Positions 1 to 11,118 of a DNA stretch of 64,000 nt are shown here, in pieces (position 1 is the first letter of the stretch; every line of letters begins with the position of its first letter). Origin of the DNA: Mobula hypostoma (Eukaryota); the NCBI RefSeq assembly GCF_963921235.1, contig NC_086109.1, positions 30,382,001-30,446,000 on the forward strand, in the 5' to 3' direction. The notes beneath the pieces are model-generated. The model did no database searches and was not told where the DNA came from. It was given only the letters and a program-made list of their open reading frames with translations. Both the position numbers and the translations under genes were made by a program.

Positions 1-519
1 TTCCCAACTGTCCATCCCATGAAACACCTCCTGCTCCAGCTATGGAGAAGTCTACTATTCTCATATTAGTTTCATTAGTCATCTCTGAAGCCACGCAACT
101 CTATTGGATGCAATTCATCCCCAATCCAGGAGGAATGCCTCAAAAGAAGATAAAAGTAGTTAATTCTTGTCGTGTGGCATCATTTTCATTTTAAGCAACT
201 ATGAATCAGTTACAGACTACTCTGTTCCTTTATCTTGTCTTATTTTCTATTTCAACAGTGACTAAAGAAAAACAATGTAACAAAAGTCTTTTCAGCTTTC
301 AGAAGATTTACACCATTTGCTATATTTTTCTTAAATGAAGTACAATGTGAAAATAAAACACAAGACTTATTTCATTTGAGGAAAAGAAACATTTTGATTT
401 ACATCTTGAAAGAGCACAGATTGGGCTTATAGTATGATTTTTTTCCCCACAGTGCAGGTATCTAAAGCTAAATTAGGCAAGCAATAAGAAATAGTTGGGC
501 AATCTGAGAAGAGGCTTTC

Positions 520-715
520 ATACCCAGAGTGTGATTGGAGTCTGGGGTTCCCTGACTGAGTGGGTGCTGGAGGCAGGTACTTTACAACTGATAAGTACTT
601 GAATGGCCAGCACATAGAAGGCTATGGAGCAAGTTCCAGTAATTGGGATTGGTATAGAAAGGTATTTGATGCTTGACATGGACATGATGGGCTGAAGTTT
701 CTGTGCTCTATGACT
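520..715 (+). mobile_element. Old CR1 LINE 3' end fragment
   Basis: Decayed CR1 terminal region (cagagtgtgattggagtctgg...gaggcaggtact...ggacatgatgggctgaag...ctgtgctctatgact), similar to better-preserved CR1 3' ends in this window. Confidence 0.6.
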
Positions 716-1458
716 GATTTTTTGCACCCTACTCGGACTTTGTTAAACTCAGTATTCCAATTTGTATTCAGTTGCTTGTAATCTGAGCTGCCTATTGTAT
801 TGAATTAAATGTAACTGGATGTTGGGCATTGAGTACAGACTGTGCCTGTGTGCATTTATCACCAAGGACAAATTTCTCAGCCAACATTTTTTTTATTTTC
901 TAGAGAATTTGACTTTATTTAAGGAAATTGTATGATTCAGCTGCCACATGCAGTGTGTTATTGATGTAAATATGTATTTTCTTGAGGGAGAGGTACACAG
1001 TCTTTGAAATCTTACAAAAATATATAATTCAAAAGGTCAGAGAAATTGCTAGGGTACTACAGTAATACTTCTGAGCGCAATATTCCAGCTGCAGCAATGC
1101 TGATCAAAGAAAAGTAGTGTTGTAAAAGAACGATTGTGGAGTCTATGGCACCAGCTAATTCTTCTGAAACAGGCTGTAATGCGTGCTGAAATGTGCCTTG
1201 CAGCGCATTTCTCATGTAGTATCCTCCCACTCTAGCACTTACCCTCCCAATGCAGCTGAATGTTTTCTCCAGCCATTTACCACTCTACTTTAGCTCCCAC
1301 TATCAGAGCTCTGCTTTCCAGTGTCTTCCCCAGTGCAAACGCTGTGCTCCAAACCAGGAGGTATTGACTCTTAAACAGACCAGCTGAGCTTCTGGAATTT
1401 TTGTTTTATTCCTTTACCATCGTCTTTAAATTGAAAAAGCATCTTAGCAAAGTCACCC

Positions 1459-1886
1459 ATACAAAATGCTGGTGGAATGCAGCAGGCCAGGCAGCATCTC
1501 TAGGAAGAGGTACAGTCGACGTTTTGGGCCAAGACCCTTCGTCAGGACTAACTGAAAGAAGAGATAATAAGAGATTTGAAAGTGGGAGTGGGAGGGGGAG
1601 ATCTGAAATGATAGGAGAAGACAGGAGGGGGAGGGATGGAGCTAAGAGCTGGAAAGTTGATTGGCAAAAGGGATACAAAGCTGGAGAAGGGGGAGGATCA
1701 TGGGACAGGAGGTCTAGGGAGAAAGAAAGGGGGAAGGGAACCCAGAGGAAGATGGAGAGCAGGCAAGGAGTGATTGTGAGAGGGACAGGGAGAGAAAAAA
1801 GGGAGAGAAAAAAAGAGAGGAAAAAAGGGGGGAGTAATAATAAGGGATGGGGTAAGAAGAGGAGGAGGGGCATTAATGGAAGTTAG
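1459..1886 (-). mobile_element. Penelope-like element (PLE) inverted tail with hammerhead motif
   Basis: Reverse complement of the tail at ~2995-3430. Left flank ttagcaaagtcaccc (1444-1458) is repeated as ttaggaaagtcaccc (3460-3474). Confidence 0.85.
1513..1554 (-). ncRNA. Minimal hammerhead ribozyme motif of PLE (GAAA mutated to AAAA)
   Basis: Minus strand reads cagttagtc-CTGACGA-agggtcttggccc-AAAAC-gtcgactg, with terminal stem cagtt/gactg. Confidence 0.7.
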
Positions 1887-2552
1887 ATTATGAGAACACT
1901 CAGTCGTCTTTTATTGTCATTTAGAAATACATACATGCATTAAGAAATGATACAATGTTTCTCTGGAGTGATATCACAGAAAACAGGACAGACCAAAGAC
2001 TAACACTGACAGAACCACATAATTATAACATATAGTTACAGCAATGCAGAACAATACCATAACTTGATGAAGAACAGACCATGAGCGCAGTTAAAAAATA
2101 TCTCAAAGTCCCGAGTCGATCGACTCCCGAGACCCCGATAGCAGCCGGCAAAAGGGAGAAACTCCCTGCCAAAAACCTCCAGGCACTGTCAACTTGCCGA
2201 TACCTTGGAAGCAGCCGACCACAGCCGACATTGAGTCCATCCATCCGAAAAACTTCAAGTTTCTGACCAGCCTCTTCGATACAGCCTCCCGAGCGCCTTC
2301 GACCTCTCCCCGGCCACTGAAACACGCAAAGCCGAGGATTTCAAGGCCTTCAGCTCCAGAGATTCCGATTACCACACAGTAGCAGCAGCAGCAAAGCGGG
2401 CATTTCAGAAATTTTCCAGATGTTCCTCTGTGCTCTCACGTCTATCTCCATCAAATCAGAATTGTTCACAGTCCCCTACTTGACAGATTACAGATATCAT
2501 CACTGAAGTGGCCGCGCACGCTGCTGTCGCGCCGCCATCTTCTCCCCCCTCC
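1887..2552 (-). mobile_element. Non-autonomous SINE/LINE-derived element
   Basis: Minus strand starts gggggagaagatggcggcgcg (GC-rich head) and ends aataaaaagacgactgagtgttctcataatcta. No retroelement ORF. Nested inside the PLE unit. Confidence 0.65.
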
Positions 2553-2587
2553 CGGGAAGATTACAGAGTGTAGGTGTTGAGTTAAAT

Positions 2588-3459
2588 GGTCCCCCCCATC
2601 CCTTCCGACCAATCTCACTCCCAGCACTTATCCTTGCAAGCGGAACAAGTGCTACACCTGCCCTTACACTTCCTCCCTCACCACCATTCAGGGCCCCAGA
2701 CAGTCCTTCCAGGTGAGGCGACACTTCACCTGTGAGTCTGCTGGTGTGATTTACTGCATCCGGTGCTCACGGTGCGACCTTCTATATATTGGCGAGTCCC
2801 AACGCAAACTGGGAAACCGTTTTGCTGAACACCTACGTTCTGTCCACCAGAGAAAGCAGGATCACCCAGTGGCCACACATTTTAATTCCACGTCCCATTC
2901 CCATTCTGATATGTCAATCCATGGCCTCCTCTACTGTCAAGATGAAGCCACACTCAGGTTGGAGGAACAACACATTATATTCCGTCTGGGTAGATTTCTC
3001 TAACTTCTGTTAACGCCCCACCTCCCCCTTGTACCCCATCCCTTATTTATTTATTTATTACTCCCCCCCCCCCCACTTTTTTCTCTCTCTGTCCTTCTCA
3101 CAATCACTCCTTGCCCGGTCTCCATCTTCCTCTGGTGTTCCCCTCCCCCTTTCTATCTCCCTAGGCCTCCCGTCCCATGATCCTCCCCTTTCTCCAGCTC
3201 TGTATCCCTTTTGCCAATCAACTTTCTGGCTCTTAGTTTCATCCCTCCCCCTCCTGTCTTCTCCTATCATTTCAGATCTCCCCCTCCCACTCCCACTTTC
3301 AAATCTCTTACTAGCCCTTCTTTCAGTTAGTCCTGACAAAGGGTCTCGGCCCGAAACGTCAACTGTACTTCTTCCTATAGATGCTGCATGGCCTGCTGCG
3401 TTCCACCAGAAGTTTGTGTGTGTTGCTTGAATTTCCAGCGTAGGCAGATTTTCTCGTGT
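2588..3459 (+). mobile_element. 5'-truncated Penelope-like element: GIY-YIG endonuclease C-terminus plus tail
   Basis: ORF 2713-3003 HFTCESAGVIYCIRCSRCDLLYIGESQRKLGNRFAEH...VATHFN is a GIY-YIG domain with the PLE CxxC motif, followed by a pyrimidine-rich tail and hammerhead motif. Confidence 0.9.
3324..3365 (+). ncRNA. Minimal hammerhead ribozyme motif of PLE (CUGANGA mutated to CUGACAA)
   Basis: cagttagtc-CTGACAA-agggtctcggccc-GAAAC-gtcaactg; stem I cagtt/aactg, stem II gggtc/ggccc. Confidence 0.7.
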
Positions 3460-3889
3460 TTAGGAAAGTCACCCTCCGCCTGAACTTTCACCTTGCTCCC
3501 TTGTATGTATACTAGGTGCTGCTGTGTCCCCTGCAAGATAATAAATGACTACATTGTAGAAAGATTCTTAAATAGAACCGGGAATGTTAAGGAGAAACAT
3601 GGTTGTCAAACCATAGTGCCAGCTACACAGTTAGATGGCTTAAATATAATGTCTACTTCTCACAGTACAGAAATTCACGCCTTCCACATGGCCATCTTAT
3701 CAGATTACACGTTGAAAGGGCTAAAAAAAAGAGTAAAGAGATTGAAAAAGCAAGTCAAATAATAAATCAAGTACAAATTATACAACTCAGCCACTTGTCT
3801 GCATTTTAATTTGGTATTCCATTTGGACAGTGAAGCTGGGCTTGGCAATAAAAGCCGAGGTCTTGTGGAAAGCTTTAAAGCCTGATTGG

Positions 3890-4098
3890 GAACTTCTTCG
3901 CCCAGAGGGTGGTACTGCCAGTGGAAGTGGCGGATGTGGGTTTGACTGCAACATTTAAGAGAAGTTTGGGTGAGTACATGGATAGAAGGGGGAATGGAGG
4001 GTGATCATCCAGGGACTAGACAGAATAACATTTCAGTATAGACTGGTTAGGCCAAAGGGCCTGTTTCTGAGCTGCAGTACTGTGTGGCTGTATGTCCC
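3890..4098 (+). mobile_element. CR1 LINE 3' end fragment
   Basis: ttcttcgcccagagggtgg...acatttaagagaagtttgg...ggccaaagggcctgtttctgagctgcag. Confidence 0.65.
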
Positions 4099-5494
4099 TA
4101 CCACGTTCATTGTTGTCTCTTTGCATTTTATTGGAAGTGGAAACTGACAAATAATGAATCTTTATTTTGTAATGAAAATTAAATTATTTTAATTTCAATG
4201 TGGAAGAATATTAACAAAAGGAAACAGGAGTCAGCTGTTTGGCCTTCTACTCCATTCGTCGAGATCATGGCTGTTCTTCTACCTCAACACCTTTTTCAGT
4301 GGCACAATTTAATAAATAATTATCAATGGCACAAGCTAATAAATATGTGCCGAATTGCTTCCTATCATCATGATTACTATTCCGGCACCAGGCAGTTACT
4401 ATAAAGCTGTGCCAGTGGTAAATTTGACAGGAAGGGTGATAACTTAGAAAAGGATTGCTCTTCACCTGCATTGCAGATAACTTAGACTAGTCCCCAGCAG
4501 CATGAATTCTTGGCAAAGTGATCTGAACTTTTAATACTTCCCCAGGATAATTAATAATGCCTAATATGGTATCTTCATCTGGAAGAAACTTCGGAGCTGA
4601 TCCATTTATGAATGCTCACCCCTGGAACTTATAATCAGAGATAATGTGTTATGTAACCCAGATTAAGCAGACGTCAATAATGCCCCTGTGTCCACTCTTA
4701 ATTGGATGAGTTTTGCAATGTCAGAGGTGTCAGGATCATGTTGTTAAACTTTGGGCATGATAAATTTAAATAAATTGCTGAGTTCCTTCCCTCTGCAGAA
4801 GCACATCATATTGCTCCCTTTGTTTCATTAACCTTTTCGGATCTCTTGATCTAGAGGTCTACCATCTTTTTGATTAAAACATTCTCCTTGACTTCCCTCT
4901 TTACTTCTGTTTAATTTAGACTTGGGTCTCTTGATATTTGAATGTTTCACTCTGCTGAATATATTACAGAGACCAGCTTTGTCAATATACGTCATAATTC
5001 AAAAAAAACTTCAATTTGATTACTTCTGAAAGAACAGAAACCGGCAGTTCTTAACCTTTTGTTTTTAATTTAAATTTCTTGTAGCCAGAATCATCCTTGT
5101 TGCTTATGTCTGTACTTGCTTCAGGGCAATAATGCCCTTTCTCGTTTAGATGAGTAGATTCATGTGGAGGACCTTATGTAAGTGTACGACTTCTGATTTG
5201 TATTGAGCCCATCTTATAACAATATACACCCTATTCCTTTTAATTTAACTAAAGGCCAAGCCTTTAGCCAACCTGGGCCCATTAAGATATCCATAATAAT
5301 ACCCCAATTTTTAAATCATTAAAATAATATGATTGTTCATTCAATCTGTAATAAGATTTACGGGAATGCAGACACAATAAGCCACAGTGAAATTGACAGT
5401 TCAATAGCATGGGTGGATGAAATATAAGATTAGAAGAATGATACCTGGCAAAATCAGAGAAATGAAAGACTTGTTAGAATGAGAAGGAATAAAA

Positions 5495-5625
5495 GAACAT
5501 ATAACATAGAACACCACAGCATGGTACAGGCCCTTTGACCCATGATGTCATCTTGACCTTTTAACCTACTGTAAGATCAGTCTCAACCCTCCCTCCCACT
5601 CCCATTTTTTATCTTCCATATACTA
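5495..5625 (-). mobile_element. CR1 3' tail fragment
   Basis: gaacatataacatagaaca...gtacaggccctttgaccc: reverse complement of the CR1 microsatellite tail and terminal hairpin. Confidence 0.55.
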
Positions 5626-5999
5626 ATAGATAATGAATGAAAATAATGTTTTGCCCTAGTTGTGTGGAAATTATTAATGCAGTAGTATGCAAGCGTATTT
5701 TAAATGCCTGTGGTAACAAAATAATGAATTGGTTCTAAACTCTTCTCTCGTTTGACATGTTTGGGATTTATATTTCCAATTCTTTTTCCATGGATTTAAG
5801 GAGATGAAAGCAGAAAATCAACTGCTATCTCACTTAAAAGAATCTAGCATTATCTCAGCATTAACTTTATAAAATAACACTCTCATTCTATCGTCCTCAG
5901 GGCTGTAGATTTAATCAACTCTTGACAATGAAGCTGAAGCCCTTTGACTAAGTTGATTGTTTAAGTGTTCATCTTGGTTTCTGTCATTTCTTAACAGAG

Positions 6000-8032
6000 T
6001 ATAAGACCATAAGATATAGGAGCAGATTTAGGCTATTTGGCCCATCAGATCTGCTCCACCATTTCCTCATGGCTGATCCATTTTTCCCCTCAGCCCCATT
6101 CTCCTGTCTCCCTCATCACCCACCGCATCCTTTCATGCCCAGACCAATCAAAAATCTATCAACCTCTGCCTTTAATATCCATAAAGACTTGGCCTCCTCA
6201 GCTGCTTATGACAATGATTTCCACAGATTCACCACTCTCTAGCTGAAGAAATTCTTCCTCATCTCCATTCTAAAAGATCACCTCTCTATTCTGAGGCTGT
6301 GTCCTCTGGTCTCAGACTCTCCCACCATAGGAAATATCCTTTCCACATCCACTCTATCAACACCTTTCACCATTCAATAGATTTCAATTAGAGCACTACT
6401 CGTTCTCCTGAAGTCCAATGAATACAGTCCCAGAGCCATCAAACACTCTTCATAAGAAAAACTAGCAACACACATCAAAGTTGCTGGTGAACGCAGCAGG
6501 CCAGGCAGCATCTGTAGGAAGAGGTGCAGTCGACGTTTCAGGACAAGGGTCTCGGCCTGAAACGTCGACTGCACCTCTTCCTACAGATGCTGCCTGGCCT
6601 GCTGCGTTCACCAGCAACTTTGATGTGTGTTGCTTGAATTTCCAGCATCTGCAGAATTCCTGTTGTTTGCGTCATAAGAAAATCTGTTCAATCCTGGAAT
6701 CATTTTCGTGAGCATGCGTTGAAACCTCTCCTTTTTCAGCGCATCCTTTCTAAGATAAGGGGCCCAAATCTGCTCACAATAGTCTAAGTGAGGCCTCACC
6801 TGTGCTTTATAAAGTCTCGGCATTCCATCCTTGCTTTTATATCCTAGTCCTCTTGAAATGAATTTGCAATCGCATTTGCCTTCCTCACCACAGACTCAAC
6901 CTGCAAATTATTCTTTAGAGAATTCTGCACAAGGACTCCCAAGTCTCTTTGCACCTCAGATTTTTGTGTTCTCTCTCCATTTAGAAAACAGTTAATCATT
7001 TAATTTCTTCTACCAAAGTGCATGAACATACACTTCCCGACTCTGTGTTCCATCTGGCATTTTTTGCCCATTCTCCTAATCTGTCTAAGTCCATCTGTTT
7101 CTCTCTACTTCCTCAAAACCACTTGCCCCTCTACCTATCTTTGTATCATTGACAAACTTTGCAACAAAGCCATCAATTCCCTTAATCAAGTCATTGACAT
7201 ATAATGAGAAAAGAGCATAGACCCCTGTGTTACCGGCAGCCGACCAGAAAAAGCTCCCTCTATTCCCACTCTGCCTCCTGCTAATCAGCTACTGTTTCAT
7301 CCGTGCTAGAATCTTTCTTGTAATACCATGGACTTGTTAAGCAGCCTCATGTGTGACACCTTGTCAAAGGCCTTCTAAAAGATCAAGTACACATCAACCA
7401 ATTGTCCTTATTCTATCCTGCTTGTTATTTCTTCAAAGTAGTCCAACAGATTTGTCAGGAAACATTTTCCCTTGAGGAAACCATACTGACTACAGCCTAT
7501 TTTATCATGTGCCTCCAGGTACCCCAAAACCACATCCTTAACAATTGACTTCAACACCTTCCCAACTACTGAGGTCGGGCTAACTGGCATATAATTTCCT
7601 TTCTTCTGCCTTCTTGAAGAGTGGAGTGACACTTGCAATTTTTCAGTCTTCTGGAACCATTCCAGAATCCAACAATCTTGAAAGATCATTACTAATGCCT
7701 CCAAAATCTCTTCAGCCAGTTCTTTCATAACCCCAGGGGTGTATACCATATGTTCCTGGTGACTTATCTACTTTCAGACCTTTCAGCTTCCCAACAACCT
7801 TCTCCCTAGTAACGGAAACTTCACATACTTCATGACCACTGACACCTGGAACATCCACCATACTGCTAGTGTCTTACATAGTAAAAACGAATGCAAAATG
7901 CTTATTCAGTTTGTCTGCCATTTCCTTGTCCCTCATTGCTACCTCTCTAGTGTCGTTTTCTAGTGGTCCAGTATCTACTCTCACCTCTCTTTTACACTTT
8001 ATGCATCTGAAGAAACTTCTGGTATCCTCTTT
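6000..8032 (-). mobile_element. 5'-truncated, decayed CR1 LINE ORF2 (RT) interrupted by a mini-PLE
   Basis: Minus-strand peptides LYKAQVRPHLDYCEQIWAPYLRKD and GNYMPVSPTSVVGKVLKSI...SQYGFLKGKCFLTNLL; tail ataagaccataaga at ~6001. Confidence 0.9.
6461..6671. mobile_element. Palindromic mini-PLE with 11-bp TSD
   Basis: Perfect 79-bp inverted repeat 6464-6542/6556-6634; TSD tcataagaaaa at 6450-6460 and 6672-6682. Confidence 0.9.
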
Positions 8033-9892
8033 AAAAACAAAAATTACTCAAAACAAAACTTGTTTTGTTTAGGTGACATGTATGTTGGCAGTACTTCCAA
8101 AAAAGATATCGCCTTGATGTAAAGAAATTTAAAAAGAATAATATAATTCTGGATGGCTTTAGTTCAGGTCTAAATGAAAGCAAGTGTGGGGATGATTTTG
8201 TGCTTTGTTCACAGGTGATTATGAAGACAATTTCATAGCTGGAAAGTGTGACAGTTGATGCCAAGGTTCTGATTAGAGATGTCAAATTTGTTATTGAGCA
8301 CTCTCTGATGAAAGTCAAATTTCAATCAAGGTCTTCATCAGAACTAGAAGAAAATGCTTGTGGTAATTTCTCATAAGGAAGCTGTGCTGGGAAGCCCCCT
8401 CTGTCTGTTGATTTCCACGCAACCAGCGTGTAACTTCTATGTTTAATATGGGCTTGTAAGCTTTGCGTAGAGTCCCAAAGACTTCAGGGACCATGTGGAA
8501 AGTATGCCAAGAGCATGGTGTCAGTGGAAACATATCAATAAGTTGAGCTTTAGTCACTTTCTTCACAATGGTTGGCTAGAATGATGATAGAGGGGCCATA
8601 AAAATTGTGCCTTTTTTTGCTAAGTAGTGAGGAAGTGGTCTATGTTAAAGAAAGTGTCTATAGTTAAACATCCATACTGTATATGCTAAATTAGGCTAAT
8701 TTCTTATAATTGTCATTTCTCTTGCCCTCTCCCTTCCGGCTGTCCTTTGTTGTACATGAACTAAAAATATCTTCAAGCCCCAGTGGACTAATTAAAGAAG
8801 ATTTCAGATTTCCATCCGAACCAAATTTTCTGATTTTTTTTTTCTCTCTCTCTGAGATAATTTTTAGAAAACCAGAAATAGAAGATGGATATGGTCTGGG
8901 AAAACCATACTCTCATGCTCAATCAACATTTCTCTGAACAAATCCTCATGATCACTTACTAATTTGCCTGTGAATAGGGAATATGTGTTCCTGAATATTA
9001 CATGCACACACTTGTGCAACTACCCAGTTCAATGTTTGTGTTTTTTTTACACTTTTCAGGAACCACATTGAATTTAAAAATACATTATTTTTGCTTTATC
9101 TATGTGATGTGGCGGTCTATTAATTGATCCTTCAGGATTTTTAAAAGAAAGCTTGATGGCTTTATCTGAATGCCTCAAATTCCTATATTACTGCTATCTC
9201 TTGTCCCAATTATCAGAATAGTAATAGTTGAGGAGAAGAAAATTTTGCTAACCAATACAATTTAATATTGCCTAAATTCTATGCTTAATTACAGTTTGTA
9301 ACTTTCCCAACAACAGTTAATAGCAAAGGGTGCACACGAAGTAGTGAAAACTGAAAATGCCGGAAATGCATCTGACCTACTGACTTTTCCCAGCCTAAAT
9401 CTTTAATACTCTTTTTCAGTTTCTCCATTACTTTGGCATTTGAAGTCATTAATGTCAATGGGATGTTGGGAGAACATGGAAAGAATTCAAGTGTGAGTGT
9501 TTTAGATAATGCAGTCAGTTCCAAGCATTACTGATAACTATTAAACGTGCCTACAACTTGGAGGGATATTGTGAATAAAATCTTTTATCAAAAAGTTTCC
9601 TTACTACACAAAGTACGTTTACACATAATCACAGACGTAAGATAAAGGTGAGGAAATATTACAATGTGTTTTACATTTCCTGGTATAAAAATCTACACCT
9701 TAGCACTTGGCAGAACAGCTTGCATTTGGGAGGAAGCATAATGAGTTATTTATTAGTCATGATAACTTACTGTCCTTCATGACCAGCTAAGAACTTTTAC
9801 TTCAAGTTTTCTTTCTGTTCCTAAACAATTTTGTACAATAGTAATAATAATGTCATGCAAAGTTAATATATTTTATTTTATAGTGGATGATA

Positions 9893-10150
9893 TACCATCT
9901 CATCACTACCATCAGGAAGGAAGTTACAGGAGCCCAAGGACCCACATCCAACATTTTTGGACCAACTTCTTCCCCACCGTCAACACATTTCTGATTGAAA
10001 AATGAACACTACCTCATTTTTACTCTTTTGCACTCTATTTATTTATTTTTATTGTAAATTATAGTAATTATGTTTTGCACTGTACTGCTACCACAATACA
10101 GCAAATTTCATGACATATGTCAATCATAATAAACACGATTCTCATTCTGA
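9893..10150 (+). mobile_element. Rex1/Babar-type LINE 3' end
   Basis: ctaccatcaggaaggaag...aataaacacgattctcattctga (LPSGRR region plus gattct-type tail). Confidence 0.7.
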
Positions 10151-10178
10151 AAATTGAAATGTAAAATTAAGAAGAGAT

Positions 10179-11118
10179 AATCAGAATCAGGTTTATTATT
10201 ACTGGCATGTGATGTGAAATTTGCTAACTTAGCAGCAGTAGTTCAATGCAATACATAATCTAGCAGAGAAAAATAATAATAAGAATAATAAATAAACAAG
10301 TAAATCAATTATGTATATTGAACAGATTTTAAAAAAACGTGAAAAAACAGAAATACTGTATATTAAAAAAGAAGTGTGGTAGTGTCCAAAGATTCAATGT
10401 CCTTTTAGGAATCAGATGGCAGAGGGGTAGAAGCTGTTCCTGAATCGCTGAGTGTGTGCCTTCAGGCTTCTGTACCTCCTACCTGATGGTAACAGTGAGA
10501 AAAGGGCATGCCCTGTGTGCTGGAGGTCCTTAATAATGGACGCTGCCTTTCTGAGACACTGCTTCCTGAGGATGTCCTGGTTACTTTGTAGGCTAGTGCC
10601 CAAGATGGAGTTGACTAGATTTACAACCTCCTGCAGCTTCTTTCAGCCCTGTATAGTAGCCCTTCCATACCAGACAGTGATGCAGCCTGTCAGAATGCCC
10701 TCCATGGTACAACTATAGAAGTTTTTGAGTGTGTTTGTTGACATGCCAAATCTCTTCAAATTCCTAACAAAGTATAGTTGCTGTCTTTCCTTCTTTATAA
10801 CATTGTTGATATGTTGGGACCAGGTTAGATCCTCAGAGAGCTTGACACCCAGGAACTTGAAGCTGCTCACTCTCTTCACTCCTCATCCCTCTATGAGGAT
10901 TGGTATGTGTTCCTTCGTCTTACCCTTCCTGAAGTCCACAATCAGCTCTTTCGTCTTACTGATGTTGAGTGCCAGGTTGTTGCTGCGGCACCACTCCACT
11001 AGTTGGCATATCTCACTCCTGTACGCCCTCTTGTCACCACATGAGATTCTACCAGCAATGGTTGTATCGTTAGCAAATTTATAGATGGTATTTGAGCTAT
11101 GCCTAGCCACACAGTCAT
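10179..11118 (-). mobile_element. Rex1/Babar-type LINE, RT C-terminal half and 3' UTR
   Basis: IYKFANDTTIAGRI, KTKELIVDFRK, VSSFKFLGV, HALFSLLPSGRRYRSL; (aatcag)n tail. Confidence 0.9.

Noticed and set aside
1401..1886. 161-aa and 155-aa overlapping ORFs (also 3029-3430, 46107-46496, and the C-terminal half of 45703-46485)
   Set aside because: Low-complexity translations of the purine/pyrimidine-skewed PLE tail, not genes
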